Below are positions 9,396 through 18,599 of a stretch of 30,903 nucleotides of DNA, piece after piece (the first letter of the stretch is position 1; every line of letters begins with the position of its first letter). The notes below the pieces were generated by a model, which saw nothing but the letters and a program-made list of their open reading frames with translations, did no database searches and had not been told where the DNA came from. This DNA is from Chloroflexota bacterium (lineage in GTDB: Bacteria > Chloroflexota > Anaerolineae > Promineifilales > Promineifilaceae). Location: assembly GCA_963169155.1 (NCBI GenBank), contig CAUJGI010000467.1:1-30903 (forward strand), read 5' to 3'. A program made the position numbers and the translations under genes.

Positions 9396-9851
9396 ATGAA
9401 ATTGCACGATCTGCGCCCAAATGAAGGCTCGAAAAAACAGCGCAAGCGAGTGGGTCGTGGTATCTCCGCCGGGCAGGGTAAAACTGCTGGACGTGGTACC
9501 AAAGGACAGGGCGCTCGCAGCGGTGGCGGCAAAGGTATTTACTTTGAAGGTGGTCAGCTGCCTCTGGCACGTCGGCTGCCCTACAAGCGCGGTTTTACCA
9601 ACATTCACAAAGTTTACTATAAGCCCGTAAACCTCAAGAGCCTGGCCGAGTTCGAGTTTGATGGCGTTGAAATCACACCAGAAGTGATGTCCGCCGTTGG
9701 TCTCATCAAAAAACCAACTGATCCAGTGGTAGTCTTGGGCGACGGCGATTTGACTGTGGCCCTCAACGTTAAGGCTCATCGTTTTTCTGCTTCAGCAAAA
9801 GAGAAGATCGAGGCAGCTGGCGGTACGATCGAGGTGCTCCCCCTATCTTAA
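9396..9851 (+). CDS. rplO: 50S ribosomal protein L15
   Basis: [52 protein letters not shown]. Confidence 0.99.
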   Translation: MKLHDLRPNEGSKKQRKRVGRGISAGQGKTAGRGTKGQGARSGGGKGIYFEGGQLPLARRLPYKRGFTNIHKVYYKPVNLKSLAEFEFDGVEITPEVMSAVGLIKKPTDPVVVLGDGDLTVALNVKAHRFSASAKEKIEAAGGTIEVLPLS

Positions 9852-9904
9852 AGTGTTGTAGAAGGTTTACAACCGTCTGATGACACATTTCTTGGAGGAA
9901 AAAC

Positions 9905-11281
9905 ATGATCGAATCAATGAGAGCTGCCTTTTCACTGCCAGACCTGCGCCGCCGAATTTTGTTTACGGTGATGATCCTGGTCATTTATCGCCTGGTGGCC
10001 AATATCCCGGTTCCGGGGGTTGACCTGAGTGCCTGGTTGGCGTTCACCAGCAGCAGCACCACAAATCAGGTTGTTAATTTTCTGGATTTGCTGTCTGGTG
10101 GTGCTGTTCGTAACTTCTCCGTTATGGCTATGGGGGTATACCCGTACATCACGGCGTCGATTATTATCCAGTTGCTCACTCCCATTATCCCGCAGCTGCA
10201 GGAAATGGACTCTGAAGGTGAGTCTGGCCGGAATCGGAAAAACCGCATCACTTACTTTTTGACCGTGCCGTTGTCCTTGCTCCAGGCCATTGGTCAAATT
10301 CGACTGGTTGGCTTTAGCCTGGGCGCTGGTGGCGCTGATGGTCTGGCCCAAATTATGCCGAACTTCGGCTTTTCGCCTGAGCAGCTGCTGCCGACGTTTA
10401 CAACCTTATTGGCTATGATGGGTGGCACGATGTTTGCCATCTGGATGGGCGAACTGATTACCGAAGATGGTATTGGGCAAGGCATTTCCCTGATCATCTT
10501 TGGCGGTATTGTGGCCCAAATTTTACCGGGTATTGCCGGTTTGTTTTCTCTTGACGACGTGACGGCCCGAATCTTTACCATTGTTGCCTTCTTGCTCATT
10601 ACGGTACTGACCATTTTTGTCATTGTGATTGTGCAAGAAGGACAGAGACGAATACCAGTGCAATACGGCCGTCGTGTACGCGGTCGTAAGGTGTACCAGG
10701 GCCAAAGCAGCTACGTGCCACTGAAGGTCAATACCGCAGGGATGATCCCGATCATCTTTGCCAACTCGATTTTGATTTTCCCATCTGTGTTGGCCGGTTT
10801 GTTCATCAGTGGCAATGGCGGTTTTGTGGACACCGTGGCGACGGCCGTTAGCCGTTTTGGCAATGCGGATCCATCCGTAGCGCCGATTGGCTTTACGCTT
10901 TACTGGCTGTTCTTCTTCATCCTGGTCGTTGGTTTCACCTTCTTCTACACGGACGTGATGGTGCGCCAGCAAAACATTCCGCAGACGTTGCAGCGGCAGG
11001 GTGGGTTCATCCCGGGTATTCGTCCGGGTAAACGGACCGAGGATTACATTACCAAAGTAGTGCGTCGCATCACCCTTGCAGGTGCCGTTTTCCTGGGTGT
11101 TATCGCCGTTTTGCCCGGTATCATGCAGCTGTTGGGCGTGATTTTGAATATTCCGGGCATTGAGCAAAGCACGCTGGTCATTAGCGGCTCGGGGTTGATC
11201 ATTGTGGTTGGTGTCGTCATTGACACGATGCGACAGCTGGAATCGCAGCTGCTCATGCGTCAGTACGAGGGCTTCTTCTAA
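9905..11281 (+). CDS. secY: Preprotein translocase subunit SecY
   Basis: Polytopic membrane protein; SVMAMGVYPYITASII, WMGELIT..GIGQGISLIIF, PLKVNTAGMIPIIFA, GGFIPGIRPGK.T. Confidence 0.99.
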   Translation: MIESMRAAFSLPDLRRRILFTVMILVIYRLVANIPVPGVDLSAWLAFTSSSTTNQVVNFLDLLSGGAVRNFSVMAMGVYPYITASIIIQLLTPIIPQLQEMDSEGESGRNRKNRITYFLTVPLSLLQAIGQIRLVGFSLGAGGADGLAQIMPNFGFSPEQLLPTFTTLLAMMGGTMFAIWMGELITEDGIGQGISLIIFGGIVAQILPGIAGLFSLDDVTARIFTIVAFLLITVLTIFVIVIVQEGQRRIPVQYGRRVRGRKVYQGQSSYVPLKVNTAGMIPIIFANSILIFPSVLAGLFISGNGGFVDTVATAVSRFGNADPSVAPIGFTLYWLFFFILVVGFTFFYTDVMVRQQNIPQTLQRQGGFIPGIRPGKRTEDYITKVVRRITLAGAVFLGVIAVLPGIMQLLGVILNIPGIEQSTLVISGSGLIIVVGVVIDTMRQLESQLLMRQYEGFF

Positions 11282-11862
11282 TGAAAACCTTTGTTGTCTT
11301 TATGGGCGCTCCCGGAGCCGGTAAGGGAACTCAGGCCAAACGCCTGGAATCCTCGCTGGGGCTGCCACAGGTAGCAACAGGCGATTTGTTCCGAGCAAAC
11401 TTAAAAAATCAGACCGAACTTGGCAAGCTGGCTCGCACCTACATGGATAAAGGTGAGCTGGTGCCTAACGAGGTGACCATTGCGATGGTGCGTGACCGGT
11501 TGTCACAGTCTGACTGTGAATCGGGGGCAATCCTGGACGGATTTCCCCGTACACTGGCTCAGGCCGAGGCGCTTGACGAGCTTTTGAAGGAGTTCGACGC
11601 CAAAATCGCCGTGGTCCCTTATATTCACGTGGCTCAGGATGTTCTGGTAAAGCGGCTGGCTAAGCGGGCTGAGATTGAGGGTCGTGCTGACGATAACGAA
11701 GAAACCATTCGCACCCGGATGCAGGTGTATGAGTCTGAGACGGCACCACTGCTGGATTATTACGAGAATCGTGGGTTGCTGGTCAAAATAAATGGCGAGC
11801 AATCCATTGATGAGGTAAGTGCTGAGCTGACGGCCGTCATTCGGCAAGAGATGTTAAACTAA
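11281..11862 (+). CDS. adk: Adenylate kinase, short-LID type
   Basis: P-loop GAPGAGKGTQ, MDKGELVP, ILDGFPRT, GRADDNEETI; lacks the large LID domain; 1-nt overlap with secY stop. Confidence 0.98.
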   Translation: MKTFVVFMGAPGAGKGTQAKRLESSLGLPQVATGDLFRANLKNQTELGKLARTYMDKGELVPNEVTIAMVRDRLSQSDCESGAILDGFPRTLAQAEALDELLKEFDAKIAVVPYIHVAQDVLVKRLAKRAEIEGRADDNEETIRTRMQVYESETAPLLDYYENRGLLVKINGEQSIDEVSAELTAVIRQEMLN

Positions 11863-12007
11863 GCAGTTTCTGGACAGAATAACGAATCAATGGCAAAATA
11901 GTAGATTGCTTTGGACACAACCCAAAACTACTCATTCGCAAACATTTGTTACCAGAAATGAATTGAGGAACAGTCTGATAGTGTGAGACTGTTGTAGGAG
12001 CTAGAAG

Positions 12008-12121
12008 ATGAAAGTAACAGCGTCTGTTAAACGTCGTTGCCCAAAGTGCAAGATTATCAAGCGCAAAGGTGTTGTCCGCGTCATCTGCGTGGACCCAAAC
12101 CATAAGCAACGTCAGGGCTAA
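12008..12121 (+). CDS. rpmJ: 50S ribosomal protein L36 (zinc-binding type; not in ORF track)
   Basis: Manual translation [37 protein letters not shown]; AGGAG SD at 11996-12000. Confidence 0.98.
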   Translation: MKVTASVKRRCPKCKIIKRKGVVRVICVDPNHKQRQG

Positions 12122-12184
12122 CTATGAGCTGGGTCTGGTTTAAACCAGGCGCAGAGTTGTCTCGTAAGGATTTTTGGAGGAATT

Positions 12185-12565
12185 ATGGCACGTATTGCTG
12201 GTGTGGATATTCCCCGTAACAAGCGGGTAGAAATTAGCCTCACTTATATTTATGGCATTGGTAAAACTAGCAGCCAGACAATTCTGGAAAAGGCGGGTGT
12301 CGATCCCAATACTCGCGTGCAGGATTTGTCGGAGGCTGAGGTTACGCAGCTGCGTCAGGTCATCGACAGCGAATATGTTGTAGAAGGTGATTTGCGGCGT
12401 GAAGTGGCAATGAACATCAAGCGTTTGACGGAAATTGGCTGTTACCGCGGTTTGCGTCATCGTCGTCATTTGCCGGTGCATGGTCAGCGGACCAAAACCA
12501 ATGCGCGCTCACGGAAAGGCCCCAAGAAGACGGTGGCCGGACGTGGTCGTCGTAAGGGCAAATAA
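12185..12565 (+). CDS. rpsM: 30S ribosomal protein S13
   Basis: [40 protein letters not shown]. Confidence 0.99.
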   Translation: MARIAGVDIPRNKRVEISLTYIYGIGKTSSQTILEKAGVDPNTRVQDLSEAEVTQLRQVIDSEYVVEGDLRREVAMNIKRLTEIGCYRGLRHRRHLPVHGQRTKTNARSRKGPKKTVAGRGRRKGK

Positions 12566-12646
12566 TTTTAGTTGATTTGTTGGGGGGATACGGCCGTTGC
12601 CTGGCAACAGCCGCCCCACCGCAAAGTTAAGGTTTTAGGAGACGGA

Positions 12647-13039
12647 ATGGGACGTAGAAGACAGTCACAGACACGCAAAAAAGTGAAGCGGATGGTGCCT
12701 CAAGGGCAGGCGCACATCTTTGCAACTTTCAATAATACCATTGTCACCATCACCGATATGGGTGGCAACACGGTTTCCTGGTCCAGCGCCGGTAACTCCG
12801 GCTTCAAGGGTTCGCGTAAGAGCACGCCGTATGCAGCTCGATTGGCCGCCCAAACGGCCGCGCGCATTGCCCAAGAAAGCGGGATGCAGGAACTTGATGT
12901 GATCGTAAAAGGTCCTGGCCCAGGTCGCGAGCAGGCAATTCGTTCTTTGCAGGCTTCTGGGATTCGGGTGAAAAGCATTCGCGATATTACACCGGTACCC
13001 CACAATGGGTGCCGCCCCAAGAAAAAGCGTCGCGTCTAA
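12647..13039 (+). CDS. rpsK: 30S ribosomal protein S11
   Basis: [45 protein letters not shown]; start ATG 12647 after AGGAG. Confidence 0.99.
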   Translation: MGRRRQSQTRKKVKRMVPQGQAHIFATFNNTIVTITDMGGNTVSWSSAGNSGFKGSRKSTPYAARLAAQTAARIAQESGMQELDVIVKGPGPGREQAIRSLQASGIRVKSIRDITPVPHNGCRPKKKRRV

Positions 13040-13171
13040 TTTGTTTTTACCGCTGCGACTCGAAAGCGCAGTGTTGTTTTCCAAAGTTATTGATATCTTT
13101 TTTTTTGAGAGGGATGAAGGGGTGTGCCACACCTGTAAACCTCTCATTTGAGCTTGAATACGGAGGTTAAG

Positions 13172-13813
13172 TTGGCAAGGTATATTGGTCCGGTATGTAA
13201 GCTTTGTCGCCGCGAAGGCGAAAAGCTGTTTCTGAAAGGGTCGCGTTGTTTGACGCCCAAATGCTCATTTGAGCGTCGGTCATATCCCCCCGGGGAACAT
13301 GGTCGTGACAATCAGTTCCGTCGGGGACGTGCTTCAGACTATTTGCTCCAGCTGCGTGAAAAGCAAAAGGCGCGTCGTATTTATGGTGTGCTGGAGCGTC
13401 AGTTTAATCGTTATTTCCGTCGCGCTACACAGCGGGTTGGTCTGACGGGTACAAACCTGTTGGTCATCCTGGAAACACGGCTCGATAACGTCGTCTATCG
13501 GCTGGGTTGGGCGGATTCTCGCGCTCAGGCCCGGCAGCTGGTGCAGCATGGCCACGTGACGATTAACGGCCGTAAAACAGGCGTGCCATCTGCTCTGGTT
13601 TCTGCTGGAGATGTGGTGTCGATTCGCCCGGAAAGTATGCGAAAAACTTATTTTAAGACGCTGCGCGAAGATTTGGATGATCGGCAAGTCCCACGTTGGC
13701 TGAACCTGGACGTGCGCAATATTTCCGCGAAAGTCGTGAATTTACCTGCTCGTGATGACATTGATGTCACCATTAATGAGCAGCTTGTTGTTGAATATTA
13801 CTCCCGGCGGTAA
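13172..13813 (+). CDS. rpsD: 30S ribosomal protein S4 (TTG start, zinc-finger type)
   Basis: [53 protein letters not shown]; GGAGG at 13162-13166. Confidence 0.98.
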   Translation: MARYIGPVCKLCRREGEKLFLKGSRCLTPKCSFERRSYPPGEHGRDNQFRRGRASDYLLQLREKQKARRIYGVLERQFNRYFRRATQRVGLTGTNLLVILETRLDNVVYRLGWADSRAQARQLVQHGHVTINGRKTGVPSALVSAGDVVSIRPESMRKTYFKTLREDLDDRQVPRWLNLDVRNISAKVVNLPARDDIDVTINEQLVVEYYSRR

Positions 13814-13852
13814 TTTTAACCGTCCTGAGCCTAGCATAGGGAGGTATGTACG

Positions 13853-14821
13853 TTGGCTATTAGTAACCTTATACTGCCCAAAATTGAAAGTACCGCGATG
13901 TCGCGTGAATACGGCCGTTTTATCCTCGGGCCTATGGAAAGAGGGTATGGCACCACCTTGGGCAACGCTCTGCGCCGCGTCTTGCTTGCATCATTGCCGG
14001 GGGCTGCCATTACATCGATTCGCGTGACCGATGTGCCGCATGAATTTTCGGCCATTGAACATGTGCGCGAAGACATGATGCAGTTGATCTTGCACATTAA
14101 ACAACTGCGCCTGAAATTACATGGTACCGATACCGCCCGGCTGCGCCTGGAAGTTCACGGTGCGGGCACCGTCACTGCCGCCGATATTCAGACGCCGCCA
14201 GAAGTGGAAATCATCAACCCGGAACTGTACCTGTTCACCGTCGATTCCGATGACGCTTTCCTGGAAATTGAAATGACGGCCGAAACCGGACGTGGCTACT
14301 CCCCAGCGGAGGAGCGGGGTCGCTTGCCCATTGGTGAGCTGCCGGTTGATGCCATCTTTAGCCCAATTCGCCGCGTTGGCTACGAAGTAGAAAAAACGCG
14401 TGTGGGGCAGGCGGCTGATTACGATCGCGTGGTGATGCAAATCTGGACCGATGGCACCATCAAGCCAGAAGAATCGCTTGCTCAGTCGGCACAAATCATG
14501 ATGCAATATTTGCGTCCGATTGCCGGTGTGAGCGAAGAAACCTTCATGCCCATTGAGGTGGAAGAAGAGGAAGAAGGCGCGATCCCGAATGAAATCTATG
14601 ATACGCCGATTGAGCAGCTTGATCTGAGCGTGCGTGTGTTCAACTCGTTGAAGCGCACCGGCATTACCAAGGTTGGTGAAATGCTCGACATGCTGGAGCG
14701 TGGTGAAGAAACCATGCTGGCCATTCGCAACTTTGGTGAAAAATCCCTCGATGAATTGAAGGATCAACTGCGCGCCAAAGGTTTTTTGAGAGATGAAGAA
14801 GGTGAAACGGCCGCTATCTAG
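13853..14821 (+). CDS. rpoA: RNA polymerase alpha subunit (TTG start)
   Basis: PMERGYGTTLGNALRRVLL, HEFS.I.HVRED, PVDAIFSPI, alpha-CTD LSVRVFNSLKR.GI, IRNFGEKSL. Confidence 0.99.
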   Translation: MAISNLILPKIESTAMSREYGRFILGPMERGYGTTLGNALRRVLLASLPGAAITSIRVTDVPHEFSAIEHVREDMMQLILHIKQLRLKLHGTDTARLRLEVHGAGTVTAADIQTPPEVEIINPELYLFTVDSDDAFLEIEMTAETGRGYSPAEERGRLPIGELPVDAIFSPIRRVGYEVEKTRVGQAADYDRVVMQIWTDGTIKPEESLAQSAQIMMQYLRPIAGVSEETFMPIEVEEEEEGAIPNEIYDTPIEQLDLSVRVFNSLKRTGITKVGEMLDMLERGEETMLAIRNFGEKSLDELKDQLRAKGFLRDEEGETAAI

Positions 14822-14856
14822 GTAACGGCCGTTCCCCCACAAATGAGGTATACATC

Positions 14857-15285
14857 ATGCGACACAGAGTAAGCGGTCGTAGACTGGGTCGAGATACTGC
14901 ACATCGCAATGCCTTGCGCAAAAACCTGATTGCAGAACTCATCACCCACGAACAAGTTTTGACTACAGAAGCCAAGGCGAGAATGCTTCGCCCGGCAGCT
15001 GAAAAAATCATCACCCTGGCCAAGCGTGGCCTGGTTAAAGGGGAAAAAGACCCCGCCAATACCATTCACGCCCGCCGTCTGGTGGCGGCTCGCATTGCGC
15101 GCATCCGCCAGGCAGTTGACGAAGATGGCGATGTAGAAGACGTTGATGTCGTCAAGAAGCTCTTTGAGGACATTGCGCCACGCTTTGCTGATCGTCCCGG
15201 TGGTTACACCCGTATGGTCAAAATTGGCAAACGGTCTGGGGACAATGCCGACATGGCGCTGCTCATGTTGGTCGACAAGGAGTAA
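14857..15285 (+). CDS. rplQ: 50S ribosomal protein L17
   Basis: MRHRVSGRRLGR, TTEAKA, EKIITLAK, RPGGYTRMVKIGKR.GDNA.MA. Confidence 0.98.
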   Translation: MRHRVSGRRLGRDTAHRNALRKNLIAELITHEQVLTTEAKARMLRPAAEKIITLAKRGLVKGEKDPANTIHARRLVAARIARIRQAVDEDGDVEDVDVVKKLFEDIAPRFADRPGGYTRMVKIGKRSGDNADMALLMLVDKE

Positions 15286-15288
15286 TGC

Positions 15289-16071
15289 TTGCCCCATTTT
15301 GCGGCTCTGCTTGCCTACGATGGCACAGAGTACCATGGCTTTCAGCGACAAATTGAAAGCCAGGTGACCATACAGAGCACGATTGAAGATGTTCTGAGCC
15401 AGCTAGCCCGTCAACCCGTTACGTTGCTCGGCTCAGGACGAACAGACAGTGGTGTTCATGCAGTTGGGCAGGTCATTACTTTTTCTTTAGAGTGGCAGCA
15501 CGGCAGCGAGGTTTTACAAAGAGCGCTCAACGCCAATCTGCCTGAAGATATTGCAATTTTACAACTGAAACAGGTACCCTCCGCCTTTCATCCACGGTAC
15601 GATGCGCAGCGCCGGGCCTATGAATATCACATTCATGATGGCCTGGTACGGCAGCCGCTAAAGCGCCGCTTTAGCTGGCATGTACACCAAAAGCTGGACG
15701 AACAAAGCATGAATCTGGCCGCGCAGCAGCTGGTGGGGTCTCATAACTTTGCGACCTTTGGCCAACCGCCACAGGGCAACAACTTTGTGCGAGAACTATA
15801 CCAAGCAGATTGGACGCGCTCGGACGAAATGTTAACCTTCCGGATTGAGGCCAATGCTTTTTTGTACCGCATGGTGCGCAGCATTGTGGGCAGCTTGAAG
15901 CTGGTAGGTGAAGGAACCTGGACTATTGAAGAGTTTGTGAGCGCATTCAAAACCCAAAGCCGCGATGCATGCGGCACCGTTGCCCCGCCACAAGGTCTTC
16001 ATCTCGTTTCAATAACATATGAGAACCTGAACTGGTCTACGGAAACCACTAAGTTTTTGGAGAGCGTTTAG
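15289..16071 (+). CDS. truA: tRNA pseudouridine(38-40) synthase TruA (TTG start)
   Basis: AYDGTEYHGFQRQ, catalytic SGRTDSGVHA, FHPRYDA, NAFLYRMVR, APPQGL.L. Confidence 0.97.
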   Translation: MPHFAALLAYDGTEYHGFQRQIESQVTIQSTIEDVLSQLARQPVTLLGSGRTDSGVHAVGQVITFSLEWQHGSEVLQRALNANLPEDIAILQLKQVPSAFHPRYDAQRRAYEYHIHDGLVRQPLKRRFSWHVHQKLDEQSMNLAAQQLVGSHNFATFGQPPQGNNFVRELYQADWTRSDEMLTFRIEANAFLYRMVRSIVGSLKLVGEGTWTIEEFVSAFKTQSRDACGTVAPPQGLHLVSITYENLNWSTETTKFLESV

Positions 16072-16101
16072 ACCAAAGGTTTACGTTTAGGAGAAAGCGG
16101 C

Positions 16102-16530
16102 ATGAAAACGTACATCACAAAACCGGCCGAGGTGGAACGCCAATGGGTGGTTGTGGATGCCCAGGGTCAAACTTTGGGTCGTTTGGCGACTCGGGTTGCC
16201 ACCATTTTGCGCGGCAAACACAAACCTGGATTTTCCCCTTCGGTTGACTGTGGCGACTATGTGATTGTGATCAACGCAGACAAAATTCATGTAACGGGTC
16301 GTCGCATGGATCAAAAAATGTATTACCGGCACTCGGGTTATCCCGGTGGCCTGAGCGAAATCAGCCTGCGCGATCAGCTGGAACAATTCCCAACCCGGCC
16401 AATTGAAGCGGCCGTTCGTGGAATGCTGCCCAAAAACAAGCTGGGCCGCAAAGTGTTTAAGAAGCTGAAAGTTTATGCGGGTGAAGAGCATCCGCACCAG
16501 GCACAGCAGCCTGTTCCGCTGGAACTGTAG
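16102..16530 (+). CDS. rplM: 50S ribosomal protein L13
   Basis: [55 protein letters not shown]. Confidence 0.99.
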   Translation: MKTYITKPAEVERQWVVVDAQGQTLGRLATRVATILRGKHKPGFSPSVDCGDYVIVINADKIHVTGRRMDQKMYYRHSGYPGGLSEISLRDQLEQFPTRPIEAAVRGMLPKNKLGRKVFKKLKVYAGEEHPHQAQQPVPLEL

Positions 16531-16544
16531 GAGAGTAAGGAAAG

Positions 16545-16955
16545 ATGGCAGAAGAAACAAGACGGTATTACGAAGGAATTGGCCGCCGTAAACGTGCCTC
16601 TGCTCGGGTTCGCATCTATACAGATGGCGATGCTACGGGTAACTTTGTCGTCAATGGCAAAGATGTAAAAGAGTACTTCCCGCGCTTTGGCGATTACCTC
16701 GCCCTGACTGGTCCGCTGGCCGACACCAATTTCATGGGCAAGATGGACGTGAGTGTGCACATTGATGGCGGTGGTATTACCGGCCAGACAAGTGCCGTGC
16801 GTTTGGGTTTGGCGCGTGCCCTGGTGGAGTACGATGAAAACCTGCGCGGTTCTTTGCGTGCTGGCGGGCATCTGACCCGCGACGCGCGCATTAAGGAACG
16901 CAAAAAGCCAGGTCTCAAGCGTGCCCGTAAAGCGCCAACTTATACCAAGCGTTAA
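16545..16955 (+). CDS. rpsI: 30S ribosomal protein S9
   Basis: GRRKRASARV, GGGITGQ..AVRLGLARAL, LTRDAR.KERKKPGLKRARKAP...KR. Confidence 0.99.
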   Translation: MAEETRRYYEGIGRRKRASARVRIYTDGDATGNFVVNGKDVKEYFPRFGDYLALTGPLADTNFMGKMDVSVHIDGGGITGQTSAVRLGLARALVEYDENLRGSLRAGGHLTRDARIKERKKPGLKRARKAPTYTKR

Positions 16956-16992
16956 GTCGTCTGGTTTTTGTTGGGCGGACAAATGATTGATT

Positions 16993-17022
16993 AAAAAGGC
17001 GAGACTTTGCTCTCGTCTTTTT
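16993..17022. terminator. Probable bidirectional intrinsic terminator closing the r-protein cluster
   Basis: AAAAAGGCGAGA-CTTTGC-TCTCGTCTTTTT: stem with one G-U pair, A-tract 5' and T-tract 3', 37 nt after the rpsI stop. Confidence 0.8.
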
Positions 17023-17087
17023 GCTTTACGAGAACATTTCCCCGGAGACTTGGCGTGTTTGGGGAAATAGGTTATGAGGGTATAAAG

Positions 17088-18530
17088 ATGGGAATTACGA
17101 TTGTGGGTTTGGGGCCGGGCAACGGCCGTTTCCTCACCCGGGCCGCGTGGGAAGTGTTGAGCCAGGCAGAGATGGTGTATTTGCGCACCGAGCGCCATCC
17201 GGCCGTGGCTGATTTGCCCGCCAGCGTGGTGTGCCACAGCTTTGACCACATCTACGACACCGCCGACAGCTTCGAGAGCGTGTATGAAACGATTGTGGCC
17301 CAACTGCTGGACCTGGCCCAGCGCGAGCCGGTTATTTATGCCGTGCCGGGGCACCCGTTTGTAGGGGAATCGACGGTAACGCGGCTGGTAGCCCAGGCGG
17401 AGGCCGCTGGTGTGCCGGTGGAAGTGGTGGCTGGTTTGAGCTTTGTGGAGCCTTGCTTAACGGCCGTTCATCAAGACGGCATGGACGGCGTGCAAATCTT
17501 CGATGCCATCGAGGTGGCCCAGTACCATTACCCGCCCGTCAACCCGGATTTCCCGCTGCTGCTGGGGCAGGTGTACAGCCGGATGCTGGCCAGTGAGTTG
17601 AAGCTGGTGCTGACGGCCGTTTACCCCGACGAACATCCCGTTACCCTCATTCACCAGGCCGGGGATGATGACCAGAACATCGAGCATGTGCCGCTGTACG
17701 CCATTGACCGCAGCGACCAGGTGAGCCATCTTACCAGCCTGTTTGTGCCGCCGCTGTCCACGCCATCGACCCTCAATGCCCTGGCGGAAACGGTGGCCAT
17801 CTTGCGCAGCCCGGAAGGCTGCCCCTGGGACCAGGAACAAACGCCGCAAAGCCTGCGCAGCGGCTTCCTTGAAGAAGCCAGCGAAGTGTTGGTGGCCCTG
17901 GACGAAGACGACATGGACGGCCTGCGCGAAGAGCTGGGGGATGTACTTTACCATCTGGTGATGCAAACGCAGATGGCCAGCGAGGCGGAAGAGTTTCGCC
18001 TGGCAGAGGTGATTGCTGCCATCGACGCCAAGCTGAAGTACCGCCATCCACACGTGTGGGGCGACTGGCAGGTGAGCAACAGCGCTGAAGTGGTGGCCAA
18101 CTGGGAGATGCTCAAGGCGCAAGAAAAGGCCGACCGGTCGGAGTCGCTGGTAGATAATATTCCGCAGGCGCTGCCCGCCCTGGCGTATTCGCAAAAATTG
18201 CAGAGCCGGGTGACCAAAGTGGGCTTCGATTGGCCCAGTATCGACGGCGTGTACGAGAAGCTGCATGAAGAGGTGCGGGAATTGCAGACGGCCGTTTCCC
18301 CCCAACACCAAGCTGAAGAGCTGGGCGATTTGCTGTTTGTCGTCGTGAACCTGGCCAAATGGCTGGACATCGACGCTGAATCCGCCCTGCGGGAAGCCAA
18401 TGCCAAGTTCAGCCGTCGCTTTAAGGCGCTGGAAAAACTGGCCTCGGCACGCCAGTTGAGCCTGGCAGAAATGGATTTGGACAGCCTGGAAGCGTTGTGG
18501 CAGGAAGTGAAACTGCATCTGACCGAATAA
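17088..18530 (+). CDS. mazG: YabN-type fusion: tetrapyrrole-methylase-like N-domain plus tandem MazG NTP pyrophosphohydrolase domains
   Basis: ITIVGLGPG, YAVPGHPFVGE, VAGLSF; LRSPEGCPWD.EQT, EEASEV, EELGDVL, RHPHVW, VGFDW, EELGDLLF, ANAKFSRRF; start moved to ATG 17088. Confidence 0.9.
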   Translation: MGITIVGLGPGNGRFLTRAAWEVLSQAEMVYLRTERHPAVADLPASVVCHSFDHIYDTADSFESVYETIVAQLLDLAQREPVIYAVPGHPFVGESTVTRLVAQAEAAGVPVEVVAGLSFVEPCLTAVHQDGMDGVQIFDAIEVAQYHYPPVNPDFPLLLGQVYSRMLASELKLVLTAVYPDEHPVTLIHQAGDDDQNIEHVPLYAIDRSDQVSHLTSLFVPPLSTPSTLNALAETVAILRSPEGCPWDQEQTPQSLRSGFLEEASEVLVALDEDDMDGLREELGDVLYHLVMQTQMASEAEEFRLAEVIAAIDAKLKYRHPHVWGDWQVSNSAEVVANWEMLKAQEKADRSESLVDNIPQALPALAYSQKLQSRVTKVGFDWPSIDGVYEKLHEEVRELQTAVSPQHQAEELGDLLFVVVNLAKWLDIDAESALREANAKFSRRFKALEKLASARQLSLAEMDLDSLEALWQEVKLHLTE

Positions 18531-18599
18531 TCCAATCTTGCCAAACGGTCCTGTGTTGGTTAAAGTAGGGATTAACTCGACGTACAGGAAGGAGGCAGT

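Noticed and set aside
11890-11901. ATG GCA AAA TAG as an infA remnant (IF-1 often begins MAK)
   Set aside because: Only three codons; the downstream sequence shows no IF-1 similarity in manual translation.
7079-13813. Zinc-binding forms of S14, L36 and S4 and the short-LID Adk as novelties
   Set aside because: All are well-known, widespread variants.
204-16955. Lower GC and different codon usage of the r-protein cluster as evidence of horizontal transfer
   Set aside because: T-ending codons (CGT, GGT, ATT) are the expected bias of highly expressed genes, and the gene order is ancestral.
17007-17087. N-terminal extensions from the ORF track (mazG 17007, trmB 24458, rpsK 12572, rpsD 13148, rplX 5951, rpsN 7022, rpmD 9185)
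   Set aside because: Downstream starts match homolog N-termini and SD or promoter positions; the extensions run through terminators, promoters or upstream genes.
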